NCBI RefSeq assembly: GCF_006345805.1
Contig: NC_043006.1
Span: forward strand, 51,832,001 to 51,896,000
Source: Octopus sinensis
Lineage: Eukaryota
Direction: 5' to 3'
DNA: 64,000 nt
Both the position numbers and the translations under genes were made by a program. Numbering within the stretch: the first letter of the stretch is position 1; every line of letters begins with the position of its first letter. The notes under the pieces are model-generated. The model searched no databases. It was not told where the DNA came from and saw only the letters and a list, made by a program, of their open reading frames with translations. This document shows positions 38,330 through 52,659 of the stretch, piece after piece.

Positions 38330-38500
38330 AATGTTGTGCATCATAGTAAAAAGCAACTTCACATGTGTTTCGAAAAACCTAATATATGTATTAATTTGCT
38401 CAGGGTGTCGAGAACAATATATCGGTCAAACTAAAATCAGCCAACGCCAGAGGATGACAGTACATAGATCACAGATCAAAATATGAGAATACAGAAAAAT
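38330..38500 (+). mobile_element. Penelope-like GIY-YIG endonuclease fragment
   Basis: SNFTCVSKNLIYVLICSGCREQYIGQTKISQRQRMTVHRSQIK. Confidence 0.8.
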
Positions 38501-38504
38501 AGGG

Positions 38505-38682
38505 GCGCAGTTGAGCGAAAGACCAACAAACAAAACTCCTTGTAACAGCAAAGATGAACTGAAGGCAAGGATTATGGCAGCATTGACCAGCTTAAATAAG
38601 GAGACCATCCAGAAGAGTTGCAACAGATTACAATGTCATCTGGAGGCCGTGGTTGAAACCAATGACAATTTTATTGAATAAA
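38505..38682 (+). mobile_element. Tc1/mariner (maT-like) transposase C-terminal fragment
   Basis: TPCNSKDELKARIMAALTSLNKETIQKSCNRLQCHLEAVVETNDNFIE*. Confidence 0.7.
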
Positions 38683-38739
38683 CGAGCAAATGGACGGTGT
38701 TGAGTTGTCAAACATTTAAACCAAATTTTCTCAAAACAA

Positions 38740-39027
38740 CTTGTCCGGCCGTCCCATAGGCCTCCCCTTTGAGAAACACTGATTTAACCTAAATTTGAGA
38801 CATCAGCAAAAAAGAAATAAAGATACACTTCTTTTCTATTCAAAAAAAAAACGATTCTATTCACTTTATCGAGCTCATTCTCATCTGGAATCGATTTTTG
38901 TAATTTTTTTCAAGACTTATACACACCCTGATATTGTCGGTATCTACATATCAAATTTGAGAGCAATCGGATGGAGTATGCCAGAGATCCGAGAAGACAC
39001 ACACACAGACAGATTTTATATAATAGA
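38740..39027 (-). mobile_element. Helitron 5' portion
   Basis: A|TCTATTATATAAAA followed by tctgtctgtgtgtg. Confidence 0.55.
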
Positions 39028-40989
39028 TGTACTCTTTAGTATTTCGAGAGGCTTTTATGTAATTTGGATAAATATATCTGTTAAAATAAGATGTTAAGTG
39101 TTATTTTCATTATCGCGTAATTTGGACGACAGTTTATTCACCGCACCCTGTATGTATATATTATAGATAAATAGATAGATCGACATACCTATAGCTTGTG
39201 CGCGCGCACACACAAAAACGGACACGCACACACACGTATATATACTTACTCAAATATCCCACCCAATATAAGTGTGTGTGTATTCACACTCACACACATG
39301 AATAATAAGCATACAATAATCGTTAACGACAGATTAGGTTATCTCGGTCAAAACACCTCGTCTTCATATAGAGTAAGACAAGTTAACCGAGATAGAGTGG
39401 ACAAGCCCTATCCCACTCCACCGCAGACAACTGACTACGCCGGAAATCCCAGTTACGGAAAGTAAACGAACTGAAATTGCTAGACCATTATTCATAATCA
39501 ATAATATTATAAATAATATTAGTAATAATAATTCTTTTCATGGGCATAAGGCTTGCAAATTTAAGGGTAGAAGCAAATCGATAACATCTTTCTGAATACC
39601 TGACTGGTGTTTTCTTATCGATCCCGATTTGATGAAAGTCAAAGTCAACCTCTGGGTAATTTGAACTCAGAATATAGAACGGGACAAAATATCGTAAGGT
39701 AATTTTTCCGATGTTCTACCAACTCAACCAGCTCGCCACCTTAACAACAAAATGTAAATATAATAATTCTTTCTGCGATAAGTAGGAGGACTGAATTTTG
39801 GGGGCAGGAGCAAGTCGGTTACATAGACCCCAGTGCTCAACTAGTTCTTATTTCATCGACACCGAAACTGATGAAAGGCAAAGTCGACCTCGGCGGAATT
39901 TGAACTCAAAATATAAAGACGGAGAATGCTCTAAGCATTTTGTCCGATGCTCTAGCAATTTTACAAGCTCGCCGTCTTAACAAAAACAACAACAATGACT
40001 TCTTTGTGGACTACTAAGGGTTTGCATAATAGTTGACGACGGTACAGGACGTTACTATAACAATATGATATAGGGTTACATGAAGGCATGTAAGCAGTAA
40101 AATAACAAAAACAATGAAACAAAAAAAAAGGTCTAAAAAACCAGTCACCCTGACCATTAGGGCAAGTACTCTCTCCTTTTAGAGTAGGCCCTTTCACTTA
40201 GACCATCCTTGCCATTCACGTTTCAACAAATTAGCCCGTTGTTGTTAGTGCGCAGACTGGGTGCCAAAAGGTAGAGAGACAAGTTATTGGGAAGTAATCT
40301 GAGTAAAATTGGCTCGACACCAGCCAGCTTCCGGGGGTAGAGGTTATTGTAGTATTGCTTGGATAGACCGAGAGACAGCACGTCTGAAGCTTAGAAGCTG
40401 AATGTATCTGTAGCTATACTAACTAGACCAGTGGCCTTTCTCTAGATGCATTGTACGGTGTCTGTGTGTGTTGTTTCAGCTATGCTCTAGATGTTGGAGT
40501 AGTATTTCATTGTGGATCTTATCTGAGTTTCGTAGTGTTTTAGAAATTGTTGGGAACTGAAGCATGTTCTGTTGAAAATAGCAATAAATACCAATAACGA
40601 TAAGAATAAGAAACAATCTGCAGTCTGGAAACAATATTAAAGGGTGAATCGATGTATCCTTACTCTAAAATTTAGAGTATCTCGACATTCCAAAGGCAAA
40701 TTCCTTTTAATATTTGCTGCTAATTTGTATTTAGAGTAGACTCATTTAGTCTCACTAACTTCATCGATCTCAGAAAATATTTTTATCAAATTGACTGTAT
40801 GACAGTTTCTCCTTCTCCTTCCTCCTTAACTTCCTTTTCGTGAAAGAGTTAATGAGGGCCCTACCTGAGAAACAAGACTCCTTCAGCACAAACGTGCTTC
40901 TCCATAACAACCGAGCAGAGAAAAACTAATCGCTCGACTGGTCGATCCCTCGCTACAAATTCGCCTGAGAGCCAGATCTGTCTCGCTCG

Positions 40990-41061
<72 letters not shown>

Positions 41062-41429
41062 TAATAATAATACTGATAGATTGAGAAACGTGATATGTAT
41101 TAGAAGTTTCCAGATACCCGTGAGTATGAAACAAACTTCTCTCTGTAGCATGTTTCTTGACGTCAGCAACGTTTTTCGATGTCAGCAGACAGTAAGATTC
41201 CATGACATACAATAAGTGACTTTTATGTTCAATTTGAGTCAGATGCGATACTGACTCATCGCATATCTCATTAATTATAGTATACATGTAGCAGTGTTCC
41301 ATCGTTATGCTTTTTTTTTTAATAAGTAAATATAATTTTGGGCTGCGTTTTCACAAATTTGACAGCAATCGATTGTAATTATTATTAATTATATTTATTA
41401 TTATTCTTGATCAAACAGATCTGGCAAAA

Positions 41430-41431
41430 AG

Positions 41432-41530
<99 letters not shown>

Positions 41531-41577
41531 TACTGTTATTATTATTGTTATTATTACAGTTGTTGTTATTATTATCA

Positions 41578-41635
<58 letters not shown>

Positions 41636-41665
41636 CATCATTATTATTATCATTATTATTATTAT
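41430..41665. repeat. (TAC)n-(TAT)n trinucleotide array
   Basis: Direct reading; (AAT)n also at 40990-41070. Confidence 0.95.
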
Positions 41666-41667
41666 CT

Positions 41668-42335
41668 AGGCAGTGAGCAGGCAGAATCGTTCCATTCCGG
41701 GTAAAATGCTTAGCGGCATTTCGTCAGTCTTTACGTTCTGAGTTCAAATCCCGCCGAGGTCGACTTTACCTTTCATTCTTTCGGAGTCGATAAAAATAAG
41801 CTTCCCTTGAGTACTAGGTTCGATATAATCGACTAACTCCTTCCCCAAAATTTCAGGCCTTGTGCCTATAGTAGAAAGGATTATTACGATCATCGTTATT
41901 TGAGCCAGCACAATCGTTAGCATGCCGGATAAAATGCTAAGAGGCATTTCGTCTGTCTTATCGCTCTGAGTTCAAATTCCACCGAGGTCGACTTTGCCTT
42001 TCATTCTTTCGGGGTCCATGAAATAAGTACCAGTTGAGCATTGGTGTCGATGTACTTGACTAGCCCCCTACTCCAAAATTTCAAGCCTTGTGTCTATAGT
42101 ATTTTATTGTCGCTCAGGCGGCGAGTTGGCAGAATCGTTAGCACACCAAGGAAAATGCTTAATGGCATTTCGTCCGCCTTTACGTTCTGAGTTCAAATTT
42201 CGCCGTGGTCGACTTTGCCTTTCACCCTTTTGGGGTCGATGAATTAAGTACCGGTGAAACACTGGGGTGGACGTAACCGACTAGACCTTCTCACCCCAAA
42301 TTTCTGGCTTTGACCTATAATAGAAAAGATTATTA
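41668..42335 (+). mobile_element. Three consecutive SINE B copies
   Basis: Units start at approx 41668, 41905 and 42115, each ending in a short att-rich tail. Confidence 0.9.
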
Positions 42336-42675
42336 TCATTATTGTTGTCGTTGATGATCATGATGATGTTAATAATAATTATGGATTTTCCTGTCGAAGA
42401 TGACGTGCATTCAGCTGTTTGCTGAATGGCCTGCACAAATGATTTGTTTATACAGATACATTAAATGTATGTGCTGTACATTAGCTCACCGCCTCCAGAA
42501 ATCGGCGTTGCCTGGACAGGTGCACGGTGCACCACGTATCAGGTGTCGAAATGATTGCAGAGCAACGTGAGATGGTGTTTTGCTCAATAACAAAACGCAC
42601 CACCCGGCTCAGGAATTGAACCACGATCTCGCGACTGTGTGTGCAACACCCTAACCACTAGGCCTTGATGATGAT

Positions 42676-42709
<34 letters not shown>

Positions 42710-42734
42710 GTCCTTACTACTACAGGCACAATAT

Positions 42735-43245
42735 TGGAAAGTGTGCGAAAAGAGGTCTAGAGAGAGGCAAGACGTGGTATGAGCACAAACTGCTGAGTGA
42801 CAGTCGGAGACTAGCAAAATCCTCTGAGATTTCCCAAACCAAAACATCAGGTGCTAGAACATAACAGACCGGACCTAGTGGTGGCGGACAAGGTGCACCA
42901 CATATGCTATATAGTTGACGTTGCATGCCCCTTTGACCCACGAATAGTCAAAAAGGACGCCGAAAAGATAGATAGATACAACCCTCTTAAGTACGAAATA
43001 ACCCGGTTATGGAAAATGAAGAGGGTGAAGACAGTGCCAATTATTGTCAGATCCTTGCGAACAGTATCAGAAGACATCAAGAGGAATATAAAAGGAAACT
43101 GGAATAGGAGTGCTCAGTAGAAGTGTTACAAAAGGTTCGCCTCCTTGGCACAGCCAGAATAATCAGCTAAGTATTAGAAAACTGAAAAGAACGAATAGCA
43201 TGGCACCGTAAGACCCCAGGAGCTCCAACAAAAACTGTGATAAAG
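42735..43245 (+). mobile_element. Dong/Rex6-like REL retrotransposon 3' fragment between (TAA)n tracts
   Basis: HNRPDLVVADK..CYIVDVACPFD..K..EKIDRY..LK.EI.RLW, LLGTARII; (TAA)n on both sides. Confidence 0.8.
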
Positions 43246-44053
43246 ATAACAATAATAATAATAATAATCCTTTTTACTAAAGGCACAAGGCCCAATATAT
43301 TTTGGGGCGGGGACTAGTCGATTGTATCGACGCCAGTGTTTCACTGGTATCTATTTTATCGACACCGAAAGCAACGACAATGGTCACAACAAAACCAATT
43401 TTTAATTGGTACACACTCTATGTAAATGTTTCTTATTTCCTTGTAATAATGACGTATTACCAGAATGTGAAACCTCTTTCGTAAAGATATTTTTTACTGC
43501 TGCCGGTTTGGTGTTTTAATGTGTTAATGGATTGTGGCAGTCGCTCCTGAAACGGCCGTAGACTTGAATTCCTTCTTGCACTTTACGATGGACATTATTC
43601 TGGATTTCTGACTTGAATTCCTCCTGGCACGTTACATTGGACACTATTCTGGATTCCTTATACTTTTATTAGTTTAACTATCTTATTTTTTAATTTTTTA
43701 GTCGCCTTGCTATATATACATTCACATTTTCTTCGTGTATATTCTTCATACGCTTTCATACACATCGTTCTTTACAGGTTTTCACACGTTTTTATATATG
43801 TATATATGCGCATTCTTATACCTTCGGGTTTTGTGCGCTGAACGCCCTGGTATTTTAATACGTATTTGTTTATGTTCAACAGTGTGAATATATGGGGATG
43901 ATATAAAGTTGCCTAATTCTGATGTTTAATTTTTAACCACTGAGTTTGTCTTTTGCCTCGGTTTTTTTACTTGAGCGCTTCTATTTGCAACCCCATATTT
44001 ATTTCATTTTCTTATAAGGAGAAACGGAATTTAAAAATTACATATCTTGTTGG

Positions 44054-44116
<63 letters not shown>

Positions 44117-44133
44117 GTTTGTATGTATATATA

Positions 44134-45427
44134 CAGGGTGTTTCAAAAAATTTGATATAATTTGAAATGTAAATATCGCAGAAACTACATAGTCAAAGCA
44201 AATGAAACAGGTTTAATGTTGAACAAGATAAGATTTATTCCTCCAAATTTGAATGAGAAATTCAAAGGTATGTGGATTCCATGAACGATTTCACAAATGT
44301 TCAATATGCTCACCGCCTGAGGCACGGCACACGTTAAATCGGTAGTCTAGCTCCTCTCAAACACGCAGCATGTCTTGGGTAACAGTCTCCAATGCGGTAA
44401 TGATTCTCTGCTCGAGTTCCTCTAGGTTTGCAGGAAAAGTGGGACATAGACCAAGCCCTTCACATAACCTTAGAGAAAAAAATCGCAAGGTGTCAGGTCA
44501 GGTGAACTTGACGGCCGTTTCAACAGCACGTTTCATCACCAGCACGCCCGATCCATCTTCCTCGCAGATTGTCATTGAGATAAGCCCGCACAGTGAGCTT
44601 CCAGTCAGTTGGAGCCCCCGTCAAAGAAAAACGGGCCATGAAGATGCTTCTTGGAGATGGCACAGAAAACATTCACATTTGATAAGTCCCTCTCGTGCTC
44701 AACTGTGACATGAGGATTTTCTTCACCCCATATACGAATATTAGGCTTATTGACTTTGCCATTCGTATGAAATGTGGTCTCATCACTGAAAACAAGACGT
44801 TCCTTGAACTTGGCTTCTTCAAGTTTCTCTTGCATAATTCTTACATAATTCTCTTCAAGTTTCTCTTGCATAATTCTCACACAGAATTGTTTGCGCTTTC
44901 GCTTGTCATCTGCCGTTATGGCCTGAATGGGCTGCAGCTTGTAGGGTTTCATTAGCAAGCGTTTTCTCAGGATCCGCCAAACTGTTGTTGGAGGAATATA
45001 GTTTCCAGACTTGTTCTTCTTATGGATTTCTTGGGGCTTCGCAAGAGTTTTTGGCGAACCCGCTCGACCGTCTCTTCCGATATTAATGGTCATCCAGATC
45101 CTTTTGCCCTGCACAGACAGCCTTCCTCTTTGAAGTTTTTGTGCCATGTCCAAATTTGCAATGCCGTTGGTTACTTTTTAGAGAACTTTCTCACAAATGC
45201 ACGCTGCACAGTCTTGTTCGACTGTGTTCGAGCATACTCCAACACACAAAACGCCTTTTCTCTTCCAGTGAATGCCATTTCTATACCTGAAAAGATAAAC
45301 ATATCAAACATTAAGCATAAAAGTTTGACCTGTTTCAACACATGCTGTTAAAATTTGAAGTCATTTGAACAAGAGCTGGGAAAATTATTAGATTTCAAAA
45401 TGATATCAAATTTTTTGAAACACCCTG
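44134..45427 (-). mobile_element. Tc1/mariner-superfamily element (rosa/DD41D-like), degenerate, internally deleted
   Basis: TIRs cagggtgtttcaaaaaatttgatat, TA TSDs; LVFSDETTFHTNGKVNKPNIRIWGEENP, GPFFF. Confidence 0.9.
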
Positions 45428-46665
45428 TATATATATCGGGCTGGACGTCGTATTTCTCGCTTCCCGGCATCTTTTTTGTCTTCTGTTATATACTTCTCTT
45501 CTATTTATTCTATTTCGTTTAGGAATTTCTCCCAGGCGGTATCCATTACAATTCGTCTTGGCCTAACGGCCCTTAATTTTTGTCTTCGTCGATTGTTTAC
45601 TTTGTACGTCCACTCTGTTGTTTGTTCGTTCGAAGCCCTAACTCTCGACAAATTTTATATTCTAAAAATTTCTGGACGCTATTGTCTTACGAAGTTTTCC
45701 TGTCTTGTCGTTAAAAGCATGAAATGTGTCAGTAAAACAGTCGACAACTGATGAGCGAGTTATTTTCTTTTGGCATTTTGTTCTGTACTTATATCTCGTG
45801 TGTTTGCGTATTTTTCACCCGTTGGTGATAACCTGTACTTAATATGTATTATTATATATATATATATATGTAAAAACACAGAGTGAGATAGTTTTTTGAG
45901 TACATCTCTTTCAAGAGATCTACCTTTATTCTAACTTATTTTTAAAAACTTACTTTCCAAATAAATATTGTCAGACATCAGGCTGACTCAGCAAATGAAA
46001 TGTTATCAGAAATGAATAAGAGACCGTTGATGAAGCTTCGACAAAATTAGTCCGGTCGATCTCTTTCTCTTGGTCAAAGAAAGAAAAACCTGCATCATAA
46101 CCACAGCGTCTTTCGTTTTTTTCTCTTTTTTATCACATCTCAAACCTCCTTGTATAAGCTTTATATACAAACATGGGATTTTCTAATATATGCTAGTGAA
46201 TTGACATCGGATTAGCAGTCTGTATCAGTAGATTGATTTAGAACACAAAGGGCTGTAACAAAACAACTTATTGTACTTATTTACGATCCTTTATGCTCTG
46301 AGTTCAAATGTCGCTGAGGTCGGATTTGCTTTTCCTTTCATGTCACTGTATTTGACAATCTGCATCACCCTGTATATGTGGCCTTGTATTAGTAATCAAT
46401 ATTCTGTCTCAGATCATGTTTTCGTGTATGTGTGTATCCACTATTATCTTGCTTTTATATTGAACGGATTTGTTTAGTTGAGTGTGTAAGGGTGTAAATG
46501 CGTGAATTGAGAATCTTTTCTACATAAATAAGGGGGCGAGCACACCTGTGTGATTAACAAGTTTGCTTCAGACTACATGGTTCCGGACTGTGGAATTTTC
46601 TCTCTTAGGAAAGGTAATTCTCTTAAATGGGCCGTAACGTAAGGTAGGTACGATAAACGATAAAC

Positions 46666-46970
46666 GTCGCCCTTTTCAAGCCTAGCCAGGCTCACGGGCC
46701 CGGTTTTCCGGTTTCTGTGGCGTAGGTGTTCCTCCCAGCTGGACGGGACACTAGTCCATCCCAGCGATACTCAAGAAACAGGAAGAGAGAGTGAGAGAAA
46801 GTTGTAGCGAAAGAATACAACTGGGGTCGTCACCACCCCCTGCCAGAGCCTCGTGGAGCTTTTAGGTGTTTTCGCTCAATAAACATACACAACGCTCGGT
46901 CTGGGAATCGAAACCGCGATCTTCCGACCGCGCGTCTGCTGCCCTAAACACTGGGCCATTGCGCCTCCAC
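46666..46970 (-). mobile_element. SINE family C
   Basis: Reverse complement of the 3736-4030 type. Confidence 0.9.
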
Positions 46971-48101
46971 AAGGTAGGTACAGCAACACGATAAACAAAA
47001 TGCGATGAAATGATTACTAGAATCGATATAATTGACTAAAACTTTCGAAGGCGTGCTGAAATAGGGGCGTAATCCAATGACTAAAACCAGTAAACGAATT
47101 AAACTATAGACAACAGTGTGATTCAAATTTAATGTTCTATATTAATCAATTTTTTCTCGAACTGGCTACTTGCCTTCAACTCAACAACTTTGTCTCAGTT
47201 ATTAATTCTAATTGGTATCAATCTTCTGTTTGAGGAGAACTCTTATCTTACTCAGTTGGCTGTGTCACTTCATAACTAATTCATATGAATAATAGATTGT
47301 TGATTACTGGTAGGAGGTGCAGTCTTTTGGAGGCTTCACCTTTCTCGATACTATGTATATATAATTTTGATATACATCTAATACTCCTTTGTTCCTGGAG
47401 CGTTGAAGTTGAACCATTTTAGGTCTCGCGAAAAGGACTCTTAAAGTGACTATTAATTTTGTAGCATTCTTTTGTATATTGCAAAAAAAAAAAAAAATTC
47501 GATCTTTCAAACGGTTTGGCCTCTAAATTAGGCCACCTTATTCGTCAAACCTCTGCTTAATAAACAGTGTTAATTTGGCTTCTTTTACCATAGCTTAGCG
47601 GTTTACAGCATAAGGACCAGACTTTAAAAAAGTACTAGGATCTATTTGTTCGACGAAACGTTTCAAGGTGGTGCCCCAGCATGGCCACAGGCCAATGACT
47701 GAAACAAATAAGCAGTAAAGGATATCCGCTAAGAACCGAGTATCGAAGTGTATCTAGGCACAGTAGACTAAACATAATGATCTGAGACAGAGCGAAGAAA
47801 ATATGCGCAATAGTAAACCGTCGTTGCCCACATGTTACTATTTAAGTCAAAGAAAAAGAAAAGAATACTGCTGAACGAATGAGAAATCTGCAAATAAGTA
47901 AATATTGTAACTTCAGATACATATAAGTGGCTACTGGTGTTCTTGAGTATGTAACTAATCCAGCACCGACGATAAAAAGACAGTTTAACATTCACCGCTG
48001 AGTAGGAAATTACGAACAATTGACAGAACTGTAAGAATATGCAAATTATTACAGGAATTTAGGTTGTCACATATACATAAACACATATAGACATAAAACA
48101 C

Positions 48102-48145
<44 letters not shown>

Positions 48146-48170
48146 ATCTATCTATCTATCTATCTATCTA

Positions 48171-48228
<58 letters not shown>

Positions 48229-48333
48229 AATCTATCTATCTATCTATCTATATACCTACCTACATACATACCTGTCTACCTACCTACGTATGTCTGCCTA
48301 TCTTTGTTCCCCCTCTTTCTCTCTTCGTATATG

Positions 48334-48393
<60 letters not shown>

Positions 48394-48512
48394 TGTATGT
48401 GTGTGTGTATAAACACTTATAGACATAAAAATATATATCTAGCTTTCTATCTATCTATCTATGTCTCTCTTCCTTTGTTTCCCCCTTCTCTCCATTTGTG
48501 CATATATATATA

Positions 48513-49200
<688 letters not shown>

Positions 49201-49229
49201 ACACACACACACGCACACACACATATATA

Positions 49230-49545
49230 GGAGGAGAATTCACAAAAAAAAACAAAAGACATAGACAGGTAGTGTAGACAACAAACAGATGTATTAGTAT
49301 AACGCTCGGGAAGTGAAAAAGTCTTTAATGTTTCGAGCCTACGCTCTTCTATAGAAAGGAACACAGAAAGAAACAAAGAGAGAAAATAAAGAATGTGTAG
49401 AGGCTCGCGATAGTTGTAATTTACAGGAAAATAAAAGACGAAGACAGGTGTATAAACAACAAGCAGGTGCATTAGTTTGACGCCCGGGAAGGTGAGAAAG
49501 TCTTTTACGTTTCGAGCCTACGCTCTTCGACAGAAAAGAACACGA
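49230..49545 (-). mobile_element. Tandem (179-bp period) Penelope pLTR/retrozyme-like repeat with two minimal hammerhead-like motifs (49323-49358, 49502-49537)
   Basis: Copy 2 reads CUGUCGA-A-gagc(gtag)gctc-GAAAC-GUA-aaag; copy 1 is a mutated version. Surrounding units are homologous. Confidence 0.55.
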
Positions 49546-50178
49546 TTAAATAAACAATATGTCCGTTATGTACGTATGTATACATACGTAACGCATATTA
49601 ATAAAAGTGTAATTCTGTCCATCCGGGCTCCCTGTATCTCAGTCAACCTTTGCTCTACATAGACATATTACACTGTTTTGGAATCAGGAAGATCCCTGGA
49701 TTGAAAATCTGCCCTTCATATGGTTCTAGAACACCCAGCATTGGGCTCTGATTTAAAAGCATTTACCCGCTATTTCTAGCAGGTAAAGCGACCGTGAGTG
49801 GTACAAGAGTTATCTCACTAAGCTTTAAATTTTCCTGAGGAATTTAGTGGTTCTTTTACCTTTTTCAGTCATTAGTCGGCGGCCACGCTAGGGCACCGCT
49901 TTGAAGAATTTTAGTCGAATAAATCAAACCAGTTCTTTCAATTTTATGCCTGGTACTTTTATTGGGCTCTTTTACCGAACCGCTAAGTTACGTGAACGTA
50001 CATACAGCAACACTAGTTATCAAACGGTGGTGGGGGACAAACACAAAGTCACAACACACACACACGTATGTATTCTATTCAAATTTAAAAGAACTCTAAA
50101 AATTTGTGAAGTTACATGTTTTTCATTTAAACTGAATTTAAAGTAATACCAAATTTGTAGGGTACCAATAAATCCTTT

Positions 50179-50543
50179 ATTACCTCCGACTTAGCGAAGG
50201 TGGAGGTATTGTTTTCAGTCGCGTTTGTTTGTTTGTTTGTCCGGGGACAAGATATCTCAAGAACCACTGGATGGATTCGGATGAAACTCTCATGTATGTT
50301 TGGCCTCATGAGTGGCACGAACTGGTTGGGTTTTGGGATCGATCCGGTACCGGACAAGGAATCTGGATTATTTCTCCGTTGTTTTTAATTAATTTTTGAG
50401 AGCGGTCCGGTTCATTTTTAGTATTCTCATTTGTGAGAGCAGTCGAGGTCATTTCAGATATCCTCATTTTAAAAATCATCTCATCGTTGAGAGGACGTTG
50501 CTGTTGACTTAGCGGAGGTTTGCGCTCTCTGAGTGCTCTTGTT
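50179..50543 (+). mobile_element. Helentron-associated (HINE/DINE-1-like) element
   Basis: attacctccg...cggaggt sub-terminal inverted repeats, internal (TTTG)n, 3' hairpin gcgctc-tct-gagtgc. Confidence 0.75.
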
Positions 50544-50734
50544 ACCATTGCTCTCTTTAGTTTTAGGCCGCAGACCCAATAATCCCTCCGTAGGAGCCAG
50601 CTTCAAAGTCTGCACTGAGTACGGCTTTTAAGCTATTATACATACATACATACATACATACATACATACATACATACATACATACATACATACATACATA
50701 CATACATACATACATACATGTATATACATATTTA

Positions 50735-51481
50735 CATACATACATACATACGTACATACATACATACATTCATACATACATACATACATACATACATACA
50801 TACATACATACATACATACATTCATACATACATATATATATATATATGCCTATATGTGTGTGTATGTGTGTGTGGATGTGTGTGTGCGTGTGTGTGGGTG
50901 CATGTGTGTGTGTGTATGTGAGTGTATGTACATATATATTTATATACACATACACATACATACACACATACATACATACACAAATGTATATACATATAGT
51001 CTTCTAGTTAGTTTAGTCTAGATTACTCAATGAGGAGCATGGCAGTAGCTGCAATCTTAGGCCACCCCTTTGAATTAAGAGCAAGCGGGACTGATGGCTT
51101 CCATTTCATCCTCCACGCATTTTTTCCAGGTCTTCTTAGATCGTTCAAATTCCTCTAACACTTGTCTTGCAATGCTACTTGGAGGTCACCTCTGAGTGTC
51201 ATCGAGCCGCACCATTTCCTTTTCATAATTTCTGAATTGATGGAAGTTTATTTCGTTCTATCCCACAGATTTCTGTTTAAAATGTCCGACCACTAGATCT
51301 TGAGGATGCGGCACAGACATTTTTTGACGAAGGTCTGCAGCTACGCTTTATGACTTTGGTGACCTCCAATATCATACATTGATTCATGCATGCATACGTA
51401 TATACATACATACGTACGTACATACATAAATACATATATTTCTGTATATATAAGTGTACATGGATAAACATATACACACTC

Positions 51482-51565
<84 letters not shown>

Positions 51566-52573
51566 CTTTTTACACACACACAGGCGTACACACACACTCA
51601 CATATATATATAAATATAAACATATATATGTATACAAACAAATTTATACATGCACACACATATATACCTATAAGAACATATACACACATAAATATATAGA
51701 ATATACATATACATTTATTTATATATTTACATGTAGGCATGTATGTGCTTGTGCGGAATTTGTGTATATACGTCTGTTTATACATACATACATACATACA
51801 TACATACATACATACATACATACATACATACATAACATACATACATACATACGTACATACATACATACATTCATACATACATACATACATACATACATAC
51901 ATACATACATTCATACATACATATATATATATATATATGCCTATATGTGTGTGTATGTGTGTGTGGATGTGTGTGTGCGTGTGTGTGGGTGCATGTGTGT
52001 GTGTGTATGTGAGTGTATGTACATATATATTTATATACACATACACATACATACACACATACATACATACACAAATGTATATACATATAGTCTTCTAGTT
52101 AGTTTAGTCTAGATTACTCAATGAGGAGCATGGCAGTAGCTGCAATCTTAGGCCACCCCTTTGAATTAAGAGCAAGCGGGACTGATGGCTTCCATTTCAT
52201 CCTCCACGCATTTTTTCCAGGTCTTCTTAGATCGTTCAAATTTCCTCTAACACTTGTCTTGCAATGCTACTTGGAGGTCACCTCTGAGTGTCATCGAGCC
52301 GCACCATTTCCTTTTCATAATTTCTGAATTGATGGAAGTTTATTTCGTTCTATCCCACAGATTTCTGTTTAAAATGTCCGACCACTAGATCTTGAGGATG
52401 CGGCACAGACATTTTTTGACGAAGGTCTGCAGCTACGCTTTATGACTTTGGTGACCTCCAATATCATACATTGATTCATGCATGCATACGTATATACATA
52501 CATACGTACGTACATACATAAATACATATATTTCTGTATATATAAGTGTACATGGATAAACATATACACACTC

Positions 52574-52659
<86 letters not shown>

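Noticed and set aside
43484-45830. Possible Penelope/LINE N-terminal coding remnants flanking the rosa element (also 60911-61099)
   Set aside because: No diagnostic motif recognised and many stops.
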